Shown one piece after another: positions 13,101-25,478 of a stretch of 52,827 nucleotides of DNA; the stretch's first letter is position 1, and each line of letters begins with the position of its first letter. Under the pieces are notes generated by a model, which saw nothing but the letters and a program-made list of their open reading frames with translations, did not search any database and was not told the origin of the DNA. Source of the DNA: Porpidia crustulata (Eukaryota); assembly GCA_964255105.1 (NCBI GenBank), contig CAXUWE010000002.1:1-52827 (forward strand), in the 5' to 3' direction. Both the position numbers and the translations under genes were made by a program.

Positions 13101-14188
13101 ATGGCCCAGCGGTCTCTGAAGCCATCCTTGTGCGCCTTCCTCTACCCTTTCAGGAGGGCCCCACGGCATCGCTACCTCTCGACCAGCGCGGTGTGCTATG
13201 CTTCTAAGACCCAGGTCCGCGCAGAGTACCGAGAAGCGAACCTAAAGAGCTTGGGGATCTTGAAGAATTCGGGTTCTTCAACGCAATTGACCTCTGACAT
13301 AGGCCTTGTCCCAGGTTCGCCATAGGTCCTCAACATGAAAGGTGGAATACAAGTCTAAGTTGTGCAGGACTCTTCGTCATGCCGACGGGCGCTAGCATAC
13401 CGTCCATCTTCACCTCGCCCCTACGGCGTCTACGCTTGGAGTGGTACAGACTTAAGATGCGAGCGCAAGACACGATTTCGTAGGTCTGTCCGTACCGCAG
13501 CCCCCTCACCTCCCCCGGCTGCGACCCCATAAATACAAGAAATGCAGGTCTGAATCTAGACTCCAACAGATTTTGGTCAGGCTACAGGACAGCCAAAGAT
13601 GAAAAACCCAGACCACGGCGAGCGCGCCGAACGCTCGTTCCCACCGCCAAAGCATTGCACAGGCAGATGTATACTGCGTTTGCCGAGTAGGTCGAACCGC
13701 TCTTTTCAATTTACCGGCAGCTACAATAAAGTTCCTGCTGACTAGCACGAAGAGGGGACCGAACAACCCTTAAGACCATCTGCACCGACGGGCTCTCCGA
13801 CTCCTTCAGCGCGCGTATCGGCGCCCGCCACCCCCGCGAGCACTTTCGGTGGAATTTGAGCAAATACATCGGATTCCCCCGTGTGGTTGCCGATCGCTGT
13901 GTCATGCTCCCAGTCAAAGGCTCTGCGCTTCGCCAGGTCGTTGTGCGGATACGATCGAAGCAAATCCTCACGAAATCTATACCTGCGACGAAGGAACACA
14001 GGGAATCTGTTGTGGAAGGAACAGATCAGGAGAAGGATATAGGTGAATATGTGGTCATACAAAGGAGGATTATGCAGGGTCAAGAGGAGCCATGGCTCGT
14101 ATGGGGGACGACGCAGGAGACAAGTGTAGACGAGGTACTGGGGAGTGTGGCATCAAAATTGGGAAAGAAGGAGGCGGAGGTTGCATAG
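13101..14188 (+). CDS. Mitochondrial Mba1/mL45-like (Tim44-like domain) protein, multi-exon
   Basis: Arg/Ser-rich presequence-like N-terminus (FRRAPRHRYLSTSAVCYA). C-terminal RQVVVRIRSKQ...EYVVIQRRI...PWLVWGTT is typical of the Tim44-like fold. GT-AG introns join the pieces. Confidence 0.62.
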
Positions 14189-14402
14189 CAACATTAAAGT
14201 CATCAGGTTTGCCATAAATACGTACAGCATGAGGACGATCATAAGAAGCCATACAATACTTTATTGGACATTGCATGTGCTCCGGAGTCAATGAGTATCC
14301 GGTTCCTTGTCGTGTACAACTTTGCAGCTATGCATAAGCCTGCCTCCATCTCGGTTCCCTGTTTGCCGCGCCTCCATCTGCCATGATCATCTCGGTGTGG
14401 CA

Positions 14403-16732
14403 TCAGAAGAATCTGCCGCTGGCTGAAGAAGCCACCTGGTTTGTGACTGGCTCATGATTTTCGTTGGAACCAACCTCGGGATCTACCAAGGAGGTAGCAG
14501 CCAAAGCGGTGGGATTATCAAAAGGATTGAACCTGCGTCCTCTCGCCTTGGCCATAATCCATTGGATGCTGACACGAGAGGAGAAGGCGCTAATGCCCCA
14601 GAGTAAGCCTCCAACCGGCGCGGCGACGAATGCACCTAAGACATAGTCAGTCGAACTGATACTAATCTCTTGGTTAGAGAATGTAGTACCAAAGACACTC
14701 CAATCACTGGCGTATAGTCCACCTTCTAGCAGCAACAAGTTCGCACCGTCCCTCGCATTGCCAAAGTAAATGGTTCCAAAGATGAAAACGGTGAGCAGGC
14801 CCCCAAGGCCGCCAACAACAACCTCAAATCCCCGCCACCAATAGCACCTATCGCTCAAGCCGATGAATAGCACCGGGATAGAGCTTGCGCTGACCAGATC
14901 ACTAATTAAATAAATCTGTAGTACGCTAGGCCGCTTCAACGCCACGACAACGACGGGGAATATAACCAAAATGACGGCCAGACGAATGTACCACAGGTTA
15001 AGCGTATTTCGAAATAGGTCATTAGAGCCCGTGGATACCATACCGGACTGCAGACTATCAAATGCAGCAGTACTGAGAGAGATAGTCATGACAAGTATTA
15101 TGCCAACAACCCAGGCCGGAAGCTGTTCTAGCATGAGGAAAAAGGCAATACTGCCTGATTGCGGTGGATCGCCGGGCCAAGCGCCCGTCCAGGTCGCAAG
15201 GAGACCTGTTATACCCACGAGGATGAGAATAATTGTCAAGACTACTGTAGCGACAGAAGTACCAATGACCAGGTCTTTGTCCGTTTTGGAAGCGAAAGTG
15301 CGCATCCAGAAGCCGGAGATGAAGAAATCGTTGGTCAAGATAGCCACGGGTAAGATATAGATCAGTTGCCAGCCTAGTAAGCTTGAATTCAGGAGCCCAG
15401 AGGAGTCGACGAGCGATCTGTCGATGTGGGTTTCTACGCCAACAGTGATGGCACCCAGGATAACGAGGCCAACGACCATGGCGCCTTGGATGTTGTCGGT
15501 AATAAAGGAGATGCGGAAACCACCAAGAGAGGTGTACGTGGTCGTGACAGCACACTCGACTATTATTGCAGGGAGGCCATCAAGACCAGTCAAGGCTTTG
15601 ACAATCTGCCCAAGGGCCGAGAGTTCGGCAACCATGTAGAGGAAGATTGTCACAAGTCTGAGGGACCAATTCATCAGCTTGCGTTACGATGGTCAATTAC
15701 TTAGAGTGCCTACGTCAAAAGACTCAGGTACAAAGCGGTCACAATCCCATATCTCTGCCTTGTCCACTCGGTAAGGACAAATCCTTCGGGGCATTTCTTC
15801 CTAATTATAGGCCCGAGGAATCCAAAGACCAAAAGCGGCAAGGAAGACGACAAAGCATAGATGACCAAGCCTTGGACGCCAGCAACGGTCGATATCTCGG
15901 GATAAGAGAACAGAATGGCCGAACCGAGAGCTTTATCGAAGGGTCATAGCCTACAATCAGCAATTTGTTCTGCCACAAGGAAGGATAGGGGGAAGCGGCA
16001 GCACGTTCCTCACGCAAGCGTTAACTTGATCGAGTAATCACGGTACAATCTCAGCTTCATGTAGGCAAAGGTATATGGATCTCTCGGACCTAGATGGTCT
16101 GAGGTGGATGCATGACCATTGTGTACAATCTGCGCCCGTAGTGAAGCCGCGCTGCACCGCCACCTACGACCGCCTCACTCGAAACAGTCTTTACCAGAGG
16201 TATACAGACGTGACAAGGTCAGGAGGCCGTGGGTAGCAGTGTGCGTTGTTTCCACAGATACGAACCTGGATATTTTGTCCAGCAATTTCCAAATCTCCAG
16301 GCTTCCAGCCTTACACGGCGATATCTAGCATCGTGCACATGGAATACTTGGTGCGTCGTAGGAACCGCTGCCGCTTCATGTAGTACGGCGAGCCTGTGCA
16401 CTCACCCGAGGCTATGAAGTTTAAGGCAAGTGGGAATGCTATCTGAATGTTAGTGACGGCTCCTCGATGGGTGCTGAGCACACCGATCCATAGGGACCAA
16501 GCGACTAATGATGCCTCATTGAATTGCTCCTGACCCTTTTGCGTCCGGTTGCTTGCCAAGAATTGTGACTTCGACTGATGCCTCCACCGCCATGCGATGT
16601 AGAGACCCGCAGCGCTGAAATTGGACTTCAGTATCGAGCCAGCTCGTTTGCGAAGGAGTATCTATCGTACAGAAATGTTCCATAGGTCAGGTAGATTATG
16701 GCATTCGATGCCGGAGACGAAGGTTGTCCCAT
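14403..16732 (-). CDS. Sodium:solute symporter family transporter, DUR31/NCU01977-like (probable thiamine or thiamine-precursor uptake)
   Basis: MGQPSSPASNAIIYLTYGTFL/...FLASNRTQK/AFPLALNFIAS/ALGSAILFSYPEISTVAGVQG...CPEGFVLTEWTRQRYG...YTSLGGFRISFITDNIQG...FWMRTFASK. Many hydrophobic segments. The third intron (16405-15931) is long and holds a TPP aptamer. Confidence 0.9.
15995..16150 (-). ncRNA. TPP (thi-box) riboswitch aptamer within the transporter intron
   Basis: Minus strand reads ACGG-GC-GC...(long P3)...GC-UGAGA-UUGUA-CCGU-GAUUA-CUC-GAU-CAAG-UUAACG-CUUG-CGU-GAG-GA. It has the invariant UGAGA, P2 ACGG/CCGU, P4 CUC/GAG and P5 CAAG/CUUG. Location in an intron of this transporter family matches known fungal TPP riboswitches. 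The 5' boundary (P1) is approximate. Confidence 0.92.
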
Positions 16733-17663
16733 GGAGGATTTTGGTTGCAAACGCACGATGCCGAGACTGCTAATTGCTGCTCGCTGGCTGCTCTGGATGA
16801 TAAAGGACTGTAAAACAGCTACGGTCCGTTTCCAGTATGGGAAAATAAACATCTATCGACTTTACCCCTCGTAGCCCTCCACAACTCTCGGATGTGCGGG
16901 CTAGAGAAGTCAGGATGCACTGACAGAACCCTGTAAAATATTCTAAAAAATCATTGAACAGGAAATCACTTTGCATCATATCTATGTGCCGAGTCATACA
17001 ATACTGAAATATCAAAAGAGCGAACATTTGAATCCAAGACCTGTATTTTGTCTAATCCATTTACTATACAGGCTCGCATACCATTAGTATATAATTCTAC
17101 GTCACTGCATCGTGATTAGATATCTCGAATAATCCCAGCACATGAACCAAAGCTTTCACATAAACATATCCCAAAGATTCGAAGACAATGAGCTAATCTT
17201 GTATTCGAAATCATGATTTTTGTTTTCTAGCTAAGTGGCATATTTTACAATAATCTGTTTCTGGTCTGGCTAGCTAACATTGAGCAGAATATGTGCGAAT
17301 ATGAAAGCTTACATGAAGGCACTCGTGTGAACGCTATGCCATGTGAAATATCACGAGCAACCGAGATCTGGAAATATACCACGCTCGTGTCGATGTCCAC
17401 AACAGTCCAACGATGATGCGGTGATTTCTCGGAGGATGAGACAGTGTCCGCTACAAATTTGAAGACAAACGAAACCAAAGGAAAATTTTCGCGCATCTCC
17501 GACGTAACGATTGAAGTGGTGACTGTGATGAGACTATGAGAAGAGAAGAGATAGGTTGATGCCGCAGCAGTGAACGCCGAGCGATTACCAGCGACGTTTA
17601 CAGTATCCATGCCTGTGCTAGCATAACCAATGAGCCAGTGGCCTGGGCCCGTGGCTGAAGCCA

Positions 17664-20118
17664 CTACTGAGGCTCCAAGCTGTTGGAGGCGGTAGAAGCG
17701 GTAGTGGGGGCGGAACCCGTAGCGGTGTTCGAAGCAGTAGCGGAAGCAGTGATTGTGTCGCCAGGGGCATTGGCTGGCGGCCACTGGTATTTCGGACGCT
17801 GCGAGGTCGGTTGATATTGAACGTAAGTCGGCGCCTGAGGGTACTGGAATTGGCCCATTACTTGAGGCATGTAGCCACTGCCGTGTGTTTGCAGGCTAGC
17901 TGAGACATCATTGTCCATCTGTGAGCCAACGTACGGTCCGTATGGCAACTGATTGTATGGTTGATAGTACGCATACGGAGCGAACGCTGGAGCTGGCGAT
18001 GCCTGAGCCTGAGCAGCAGCCGCGTTGGCCATGCCGATGGAGACACCGCGTTGGAAAAGCACTGCCATTGCCTCCTGAGATTCAGCGTAAGAGCGGTCTT
18101 GAGGACTTCCTCCAGGTTTCACAGGGCTGAAGCGGCGAGAGGCTGGATCGACCCATTCCTTACGCTCAACACGCAGACGAACACCAGCAAGCGCGAAGTT
18201 TCCTTGTACAACATGAGCTGCCTCTTCTTGGGTGTAAAACTCGATGAAGGCGAAAGCATTAACGCCATTTGCTATCTAGAATTAGTCATCGTCCTTTCCA
18301 GAATGATCCACTCAAAACTCACCGTTGACAGACGGCTTACGAACAATCTCAACTGAATTGATACGGCCAAATTGCCCGAAAAGCTGTCTCAACTCCTGCT
18401 CATCTGCACTCGGCGGAAGATTGCCGACAAATATTGAACAGACATCAGTAGCACGTCGCATGACTCCCTGTGGTGAAATAAGATTGGACCCAAATTGGCC
18501 AGGCGAGCGCTGCATAGGAGATGACTGGTTTGAGCGGCTTCCTATTCGGTAGCGAATATCATCTGGCATTCTCGGCTGTTCAAGACGGTAGATGGGGTCA
18601 TCTCGCAAACCCTGTGTCTGATAAATCATGCTCGCGCTACGGAAGGCAGATGACTTACCACTTGAGCATCGCGGCAGTCCTGGAAGAATGCGAACATGAC
18701 CCAAATTCCCTCTGGCAAGCGGAACATCTCCTTGTCGGTCTGAGAGCAGTACCAGACCTTCTCAAGCGCTCCGTAACGAGCCAGCACTTGACGGGCCTCA
18801 CCCTCGGAGATCAAACCACCAGTAACCTTCGAGAGGTAGAGCGAGCCTACAAGAAAAAATCAGCCTGTAGTATGCTTAACTCATTAGAGCAGCCTCTGCA
18901 TACGATTTACTTTCGCAATCTCTGTGCGGCATGGACGCCCGTCGATGATCATTCCACGACCAAGTGTGATAGCACGCTGTGCATCAGATACATGCTTGGA
19001 TCATTAGTATGGTATTACACGAGCTTCAGCTACGTGACATACTTCATATTGGCAAAAAGCAAAGGGCATGCCCTTGCTGTCGCGACGAATCTTGATGTAG
19101 ACTGTACCAAAGGTCTGGAACACGTTCTTGACCGCAAGCTCCAGCTGGTCATCGGTACGCGCTGACACAAGACTACTGGTCGTCAGTAACCTTGCGCCTG
19201 ACCCTGGTACTGTACTTGCTTTGCGACGAATACACAAGCGTTTGGCGGCAGCACAGCTTGTGCAGTATCACCAGATAATGCAACGCCTGCTCTATCCTCG
19301 CGGGGATGAAAGACTGTATCTGTGGTCAATGACGTCAAGTTGATATTGCCGATTAAGGGGAGGGAAAAACGACCTACCCGGACTCGAAGCATCGCCAGTA
19401 CCCGAAGAGACGAAAGGATCATCTACATGAGCTTGAACATGACGTACAAAGCTGTCTCCTCCACGACGCCAAGATGGACTCTCCATGATCTGTTGGTGGC
19501 GCTCTGCATTTGGAGAGGAATTTGCAGAAGGTAAGGTGAAATTTCCAATGCTTGCAGATTTTGATGGGCTAGAGTACGTGTCACGGATGTTTCCATGATT
19601 GAAGTCTTCTGAAGAGGGATAGTGCTTGGTATCGCGGCTCACAGCCGAGGAACTGGAGATACGCTCGATAGAGTCATCAATCTGTACGGCGCGCAGAGAA
19701 TGAAGCAAGGCTGTATTCGAATCTTCGCACGCGTAAGCTGGATGCTGCACATCACTAAAGGCGAGCGAGACAAGGTGTGCAAATAGATAGCGAAACCAAG
19801 TACAACATCTAGCGAAATAAATAACGTGAAAGACCGAAACACTGATTGAGTCGGCACGAAGTGCAGCGAGACAGACGGAAGGGCATCGACTCATTCTCCA
19901 CCGCAATACTCAAGGGGCTGCTTACCGATCGGAGTAGCAGGGACGCTGTCACCGGCAGCCGTCTCTCCATAGGTGCTAGCTGGAGAAGGCTCGTGGAGAG
20001 GGGTTTGCTTGTGTATGACGTTTGCTGCACGCTTCTCCTTGGACAGAATATCCGACTTGGGGATGAAGTCTGAGACGCCGTGACCAGGACGAATTGGGGT
20101 GGCAGGCTGATGAGACAT
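17664..20118 (-). CDS. Rim4-like RNA-binding protein with three RRMs and a low-complexity C-terminus, multi-exon
   Basis: RRM1 PPNACVFVANL...DDQLELAVKNVFQTFG...IRRDSKGMPFAFCQY...IDGRPCRTEIAKVNR/SLYL parallels yeast Rim4 (CIFVASL...DDEL...PYAFVQY...GRRLRCEPAKVNRTLYL, from memory). RRM3 SIFVGNLP...AFAFIEF. The tail is Q/Y/P/A-rich. Confidence 0.75.
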
Positions 20119-21717
20119 CTTGTGCCTCGTGAGCGGTTTCTCGATCTGATCCTACTTATACAATATGCCGGAGGTAGTCAAGGGACGACTTAAGTGATGG
20201 ATCGTTCGCACACCAATTGACAAAGGTGATTGAATGCTTTTGGCCTGCAACGCAGTCGAAGCAGAGCTGGATGAAGATGTAGAGAAAAGATTTACTGGAA
20301 AACTCTGACGAACTAAGTAAATGTGGGCACTCTATCGAGCCCTAGCAAATTATACTAATTGTAACACTATTACCTATGATCACTTCTCACCATTGGGCAA
20401 GGCATGAGGCCTAAGGTACTGATTGGGAAATAGTGGCATGATGAATTCCCAAACGATACTCGAAAGTGCGGCTTCCGAGATAGGCGGATCCCAGTTCTAG
20501 GCGTTGGTGACTGCCTAGACTTGAAGCTATCGAGTGTTTTTGAGATGATATGCCCATGTTGCCGATAATCGTCTCAACACAAACGAATCTCTTCTCAGGC
20601 GCAAGAGTGGAGATTGATGCGCATTTGAAATTTATTTTGAAACAGCCCCGCAATGATGGCCGCTTTGGGTAAGCAGAGACTGGTGAATGTTTGGTGAGTA
20701 ATGCCCTGAAGAAGTCTCTTGGCGCTTGTAAGGTCATTCCGCTAGCGCGCGTTTATCGGAACGGGCCGATGCAGCGATATTCTTCCCGATACGCACGAAT
20801 GCTCGCGGGTGTTGATGGTGCACTCCCATCGCCTTAGTGACAGTTCATGGTTCACGTTCCTGTTCCTGCAACGTTCCAGGAGCCTCTTAAAGGTGAGCAC
20901 GCAGACCAAATAACATGGCCAGCGTGATAGTGATAATCAGTAGTGTAGAGGGACGTAAGGATGATGATCATCTGGCTGTGCTGAAAAGCACAATCTGACA
21001 TTTAAAAAACAGAAGTACGAGTAAGCTGGAAACGAGAAATTCGCAACGACTTTTTGAGCACTCTCGGTAAGGTATTTACAATAAGATACCTTAATGTAGG
21101 CAAGAAAAGCATATACCTTAGTCATCATGTTTCTGCATACACACTTTATTAGCAGGTACTTAGGAATAACGGCGTTGCTTCGAAATTACGATAAGGTCTC
21201 CCACAAACTCACATTCATAAAACCCTATAGTGAGAATCCTCTCACGATCGCTCTAATAGGAAATACGGATAACTTCAAAGGGATCATAGTAATTTAGATT
21301 GGAAGTAAGATTCCTGGCGACTTTCCTAGACAGTGTAATCGTGGCATGTGCACGGGCTAGCTTTGACTAGCTTTGCAAGGGCATGGGGAGGATCTTCCTA
21401 GCGTGGAACGCCACTAAATTACTGCCGCGACAAGGTTACCCGTGGGCCGTTGGTACCTTTGTCCACGATGGGAGTACATGAAGCATCTACCTTAATTAGT
21501 AGTGCAGGTAGAGATACATTATTCCTTTAATTCGATGCTCATGGCAGTGCCGACGTTCGAGACCTCTGCATCCGATCTTGAGTCTCATTGAGTACTGCAG
21601 CTTGCAGTCTACCTCGCTAAACCACCATACCACCATACCTACATGCGATTGCTTGGTAGGTATACTTAGGTACTTTAGCTATCTTACCTAGGTATCTACC
21701 AAAACCTACCGACTGCA

Positions 21718-22571
21718 ATGCATCCGTCGTCGCGTCTACTCGCACCTGGCTTCATGAAACGCAGCCTTGACGAGTTTAAGAGACTATCGAATATTGGTAT
21801 GCCGTAATGCGCATAGCTTAGCAAGCGCTGCTCCAAGGCCCTCAATCTTGTTACACCGAACAATGGCTAATGTTCGCCGTTGCAGCGCTAAAGTCAGAAG
21901 GTCTTCGGACGCCCACAGCACCGTACGTTTTACTCAATTTCTCGGAGCCTGAGTCCATCTCAGCGTGTAAAGTTATGTCGGACGTCGACATTGGCGGCTT
22001 TTCCAAAGGTGCTTTAGACTACGTGCCAAACCGAGTTTCGGAACCAGCCCACGCTCGATTTCATGGCTCAATATCGACCGACCTTCCTCGGAACAGGCCA
22101 CGAATCCAACGCACTGGCTATGCGGCATGGAGGAATCATGACAGGGGCCCTACCATATTTGGAAAGAGCCTGTGGGATGTCGATCCATACGCATACCTTG
22201 CACTGCGGGTTAAATCAGACGGTAGGAAGTATTACGTTAATATACAAACCGAATCAGTTGTCTACACAGACATACATCAGCACCGCTTGTACGCACGAAA
22301 GCCTGGCCAATGGGAGACAATCCTGATCAAGTGGCGTGATTTTGTTAGAACGAACTATGGAGAGGTTGTAGAGCCGCAAGCCGAAATGTTGACGCAGAAA
22401 GTCCGGACAGTTGGTATCGGTCTCACGGACCGTACTCCAGGACCGTTTGGTCTCTCAGTTCAACGGATTTGGGCGTCTAATGGATTAAGCGAGACGGAAA
22501 AAGTCGAGGACAAGAGGCGAGAGGAGGATACAGAGCCAAAGCCAACAGCCGAGAAGGTACCAGTAGTGTAG
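21718..22571 (+). CDS. CIA30: Complex I intermediate-associated protein 30 (NDUFAF1 family), 2 exons
   Basis: MSDVDIGGFS, ARFHGSISTDLP, RTGYAAWR, LALRVKSDGRKYYVNIQT, HQHRLY. Exon 1 is MHPSSRLLAPGFMKRSLDEFKRLSNI. A known MAT-region neighbour. Confidence 0.93.
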
Positions 22572-22854
22572 TCCATAATTGAGTATGAATTTTAGATATT
22601 GCTCAACAAGCATACGATCTACAATTATTCCTCCCGCAATCTTACATTGAAGCTGAATAAATCGTCGTACTCTTCAAACGCCTCACGCGATCTCCTGATG
22701 CTGATGTGTTCAATGACCTGAGAGTGTCGAAATTTTTGCGTATCATGACATGGGCCTAGGAAGGAACACTAGGTGCTGCAGATTCGATGGAAGTAACCCA
22801 GAAGCAAGTTCGAATTAGGACATCCATCGTTGCACTGTTTCATCGTCCTACAGC

Positions 22855-25478
22855 ATGTCGCGTTATTTGACCCCACCAAAGGTCGGACTACTTGCTCTGA
22901 TATCTTTGTATTGCGAGTCCGTCATTCCGTCAACTGCAACGATACCTGTACTTTCATTTCTCGTCTCTCAAATCGTCCCGGTCAACGCTGCAGTGTCCAG
23001 GGGAGAACCATCGACCGCCGATCAGAAGTCTGTGGCTGCTATCGAAGTTTTTCAGAAGGCTACAATTATCCTGGTTTCAGGAATACCTGGCCGTACAGTC
23101 TGGGATTTGTTACTGAAGAAGCTCTGGGATGTGAACTCGCTTGATGCGCTGAATGTGTTCTTTGATGGTCTTTCATTATTGCTCGAAAAGAGCCCGGAGA
23201 AGCAGCAGAAAGATGCCGAAGAAGGCATTGCACCAGCGTCAAATCGCATGCTACTTTCTAGAAACTCTCCACTAGGAGCTTTCGTGAGAAGATCTCAGCT
23301 TGAGTTCACAAGACTCCAAATCCATGATAGCGTCACGTTGTGGAAGAGCTTCATCAAATACCGCGAGCCGACCTTGCCTCTATGGAGGAAAAGAAACCCC
23401 ACAGCTGGGAGAAACTCTTTTGATACCAATCTAGAAGATAGGAATATTGGCTGGGGGAACGCGCTTAGGAAGATTGCTTACAGCGACTTTGACGATAATC
23501 CTAGTAAAGAGGCCATCGTCAGTACTGATGATGTTGAGAAGCTCCTGGAGTACCAAGTTGACCAAATGCAAAGTACATTGCAAAATACTTCCTTGCTATA
23601 TGGTCCGTTGAACTGATTCGGACTTTAGAAATGGGCAACAGGCTACCACAAGGAATGAAGAACCGACTTCGCAGCATTGTCGAATCAGGCGTTACGGTTC
23701 CCAGCCTATCTCATTATGTGGAGTACGTTCAACATCGGCCTGATGCCCATTGATAACCTAATGAACTAGTAGATTTCTCGACTCGTGGAAAGCTGGTGAC
23801 TATCCATCCTCATTTGATAATTTGCATCGTTACTTTGATTACACCATGCACAATCGAGACAGGACTTTTTACCAATACGCACTACTGAACCTAGCCATCC
23901 TGCAGGCGGACTTTGGCTGCTTCTCCGAAGCATTGGCTGCAATGCAGGAAACCATCTCGACAGCAAGGGAGAATAATGACATGGCTTGCTTGAACTACAG
24001 TCTCAGCTGGCTATATCATTTTGGCAAGGCACATCCCTCACAAATGGATGAGATTCGTGGCAGGGGAATTCTGGGCATCGAGAAGGAGGCTTTAGCTTTC
24101 CTCAAATCTAAGGCGAAGGAGACGAGCATGTGGAGCCTCTTGAGTACTTCGTTATTGAGCGAAGCCAGACTTACGCTGAGCAAAGTATGATATATGTCTG
24201 CGGTATCCGTAAAATGCCATACTGACGTATTGTGTCAATATTCCAGGGCGAAAGCGTGGCGTCGGCATTCGAGAGCGTTGTCAAGTCCTCACATTTGAAT
24301 GTCACAAAGAATCTCGTCAATACAATCGGCAGCCAGATGATGATGCAGTCCTCCATTTATGGGAGAATTGGTACGTCAATCAAAGCCAGTTAAACCCACA
24401 TGCTGGCTGTGATTGACTTGCGATGAGGTGTGAGTTGCCAAGCTTGGCTGTACGGCGAGCTGTTCACTCAATGTTACAGTACACACTCTCCTGTGGAAGA
24501 TGTGATGAATTCTTTGTGCAGAGGTGCTTTCCTCGTAAGCTAACATACCCTAGCTTGTACCGCTCGAATACTTATGCGTGCATGTAGCTGGCCCAAAGAG
24601 GCCGATACACAGAAGCTATCTCGCGGATGGATGACGCCGACCAAGAAACACTGAGGACACTCAAGTATCAACAATACTGGACCACTAACCTAGGTATTCT
24701 TAAAATGCAAAGGCATTTACATAGGTGGGTATCTTGTTCTCCCACGGAAACATATCGCTGAAAAACCAACAGAGATAATCTAATCGCAGCTGATCACGTC
24801 CTCTGCCAACTCCGAGCTATTCCAACAATGGGTCAAGACACCTCTTTCAGTATCACGATCCTCGAAATTGATCTTCATATCCGGCGTCAAGATTACCCCA
24901 CGGCGATGAGCGTCCTTGAATGTCTTGCCACGAAACTTGACGAGGAGGAGGCAGACATCCTGCAACGAGTCAAGCTCATGATCCTCAAGGCACGTGTTTA
25001 CGATCGAGCAGGCATACCCCAGAAAGGATTTTCCGTCGCCCTTCGCGCCGCCACTCTTGCACAGAGCGCTAGGATTATGCCTATTCTCTGGGAAGCCATC
25101 TGCGCCATATCCCGCATCCTGATCAGCCTCAGAGAGTTCGAAGCCGCTGCAAAACTCCTCTCCGCCGTCTTGCCGCAAGTCTTCGAATGCGAGGATTGTG
25201 ATTTGGCTGGCCACAGTTTCTCTCTTCTGGCCGACGCACACATGGGCATGGCAGGACAAGCAAGTGCAGACACGTTACAAAGGAAGGAGCACTTGACGAA
25301 AGCATTGGAATGTATTGATAGAAGTTTCGATGAATTCTCGAGGTTGGGAGATATCAGGGGTCAGTGTGAAATGATGGCGAAGAAGGCCACGATCATGCAT
25401 CTAAATGGGGACCCGGTGCTGGCCAATGATTGCGCGGCAAAGTATCTAGACATCAAGAGGGCTGCAAAGGAAGATTAA
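22855..25478 (+). CDS. APC5: Anaphase-promoting complex subunit 5, multi-exon
   Basis: MSRYLTPPKVGLLALISLY, SPLGAFVRR, FDNLHRYFDYTM...YQYALLNLAILQADFG...ETISTARENNDMACL (Apc5 motif). Syntenic with COX13-APN2. Confidence 0.93.

Noticed and set aside
15951..15961. Out-of-frame TAG acceptor 20 nt upstream of the in-frame AAG in the riboswitch intron
   Set aside because: It lies only about 6 nt from the likely branch A, probably too close to be used.
19292..19294. TAG ending the 204-aa ORF of the Rim4-like gene, considered as an A-to-I-corrected premature stop
   Set aside because: A normal 58-nt GT-AG intron (19377-19320) changes frame before the TAG, so no editing is needed.
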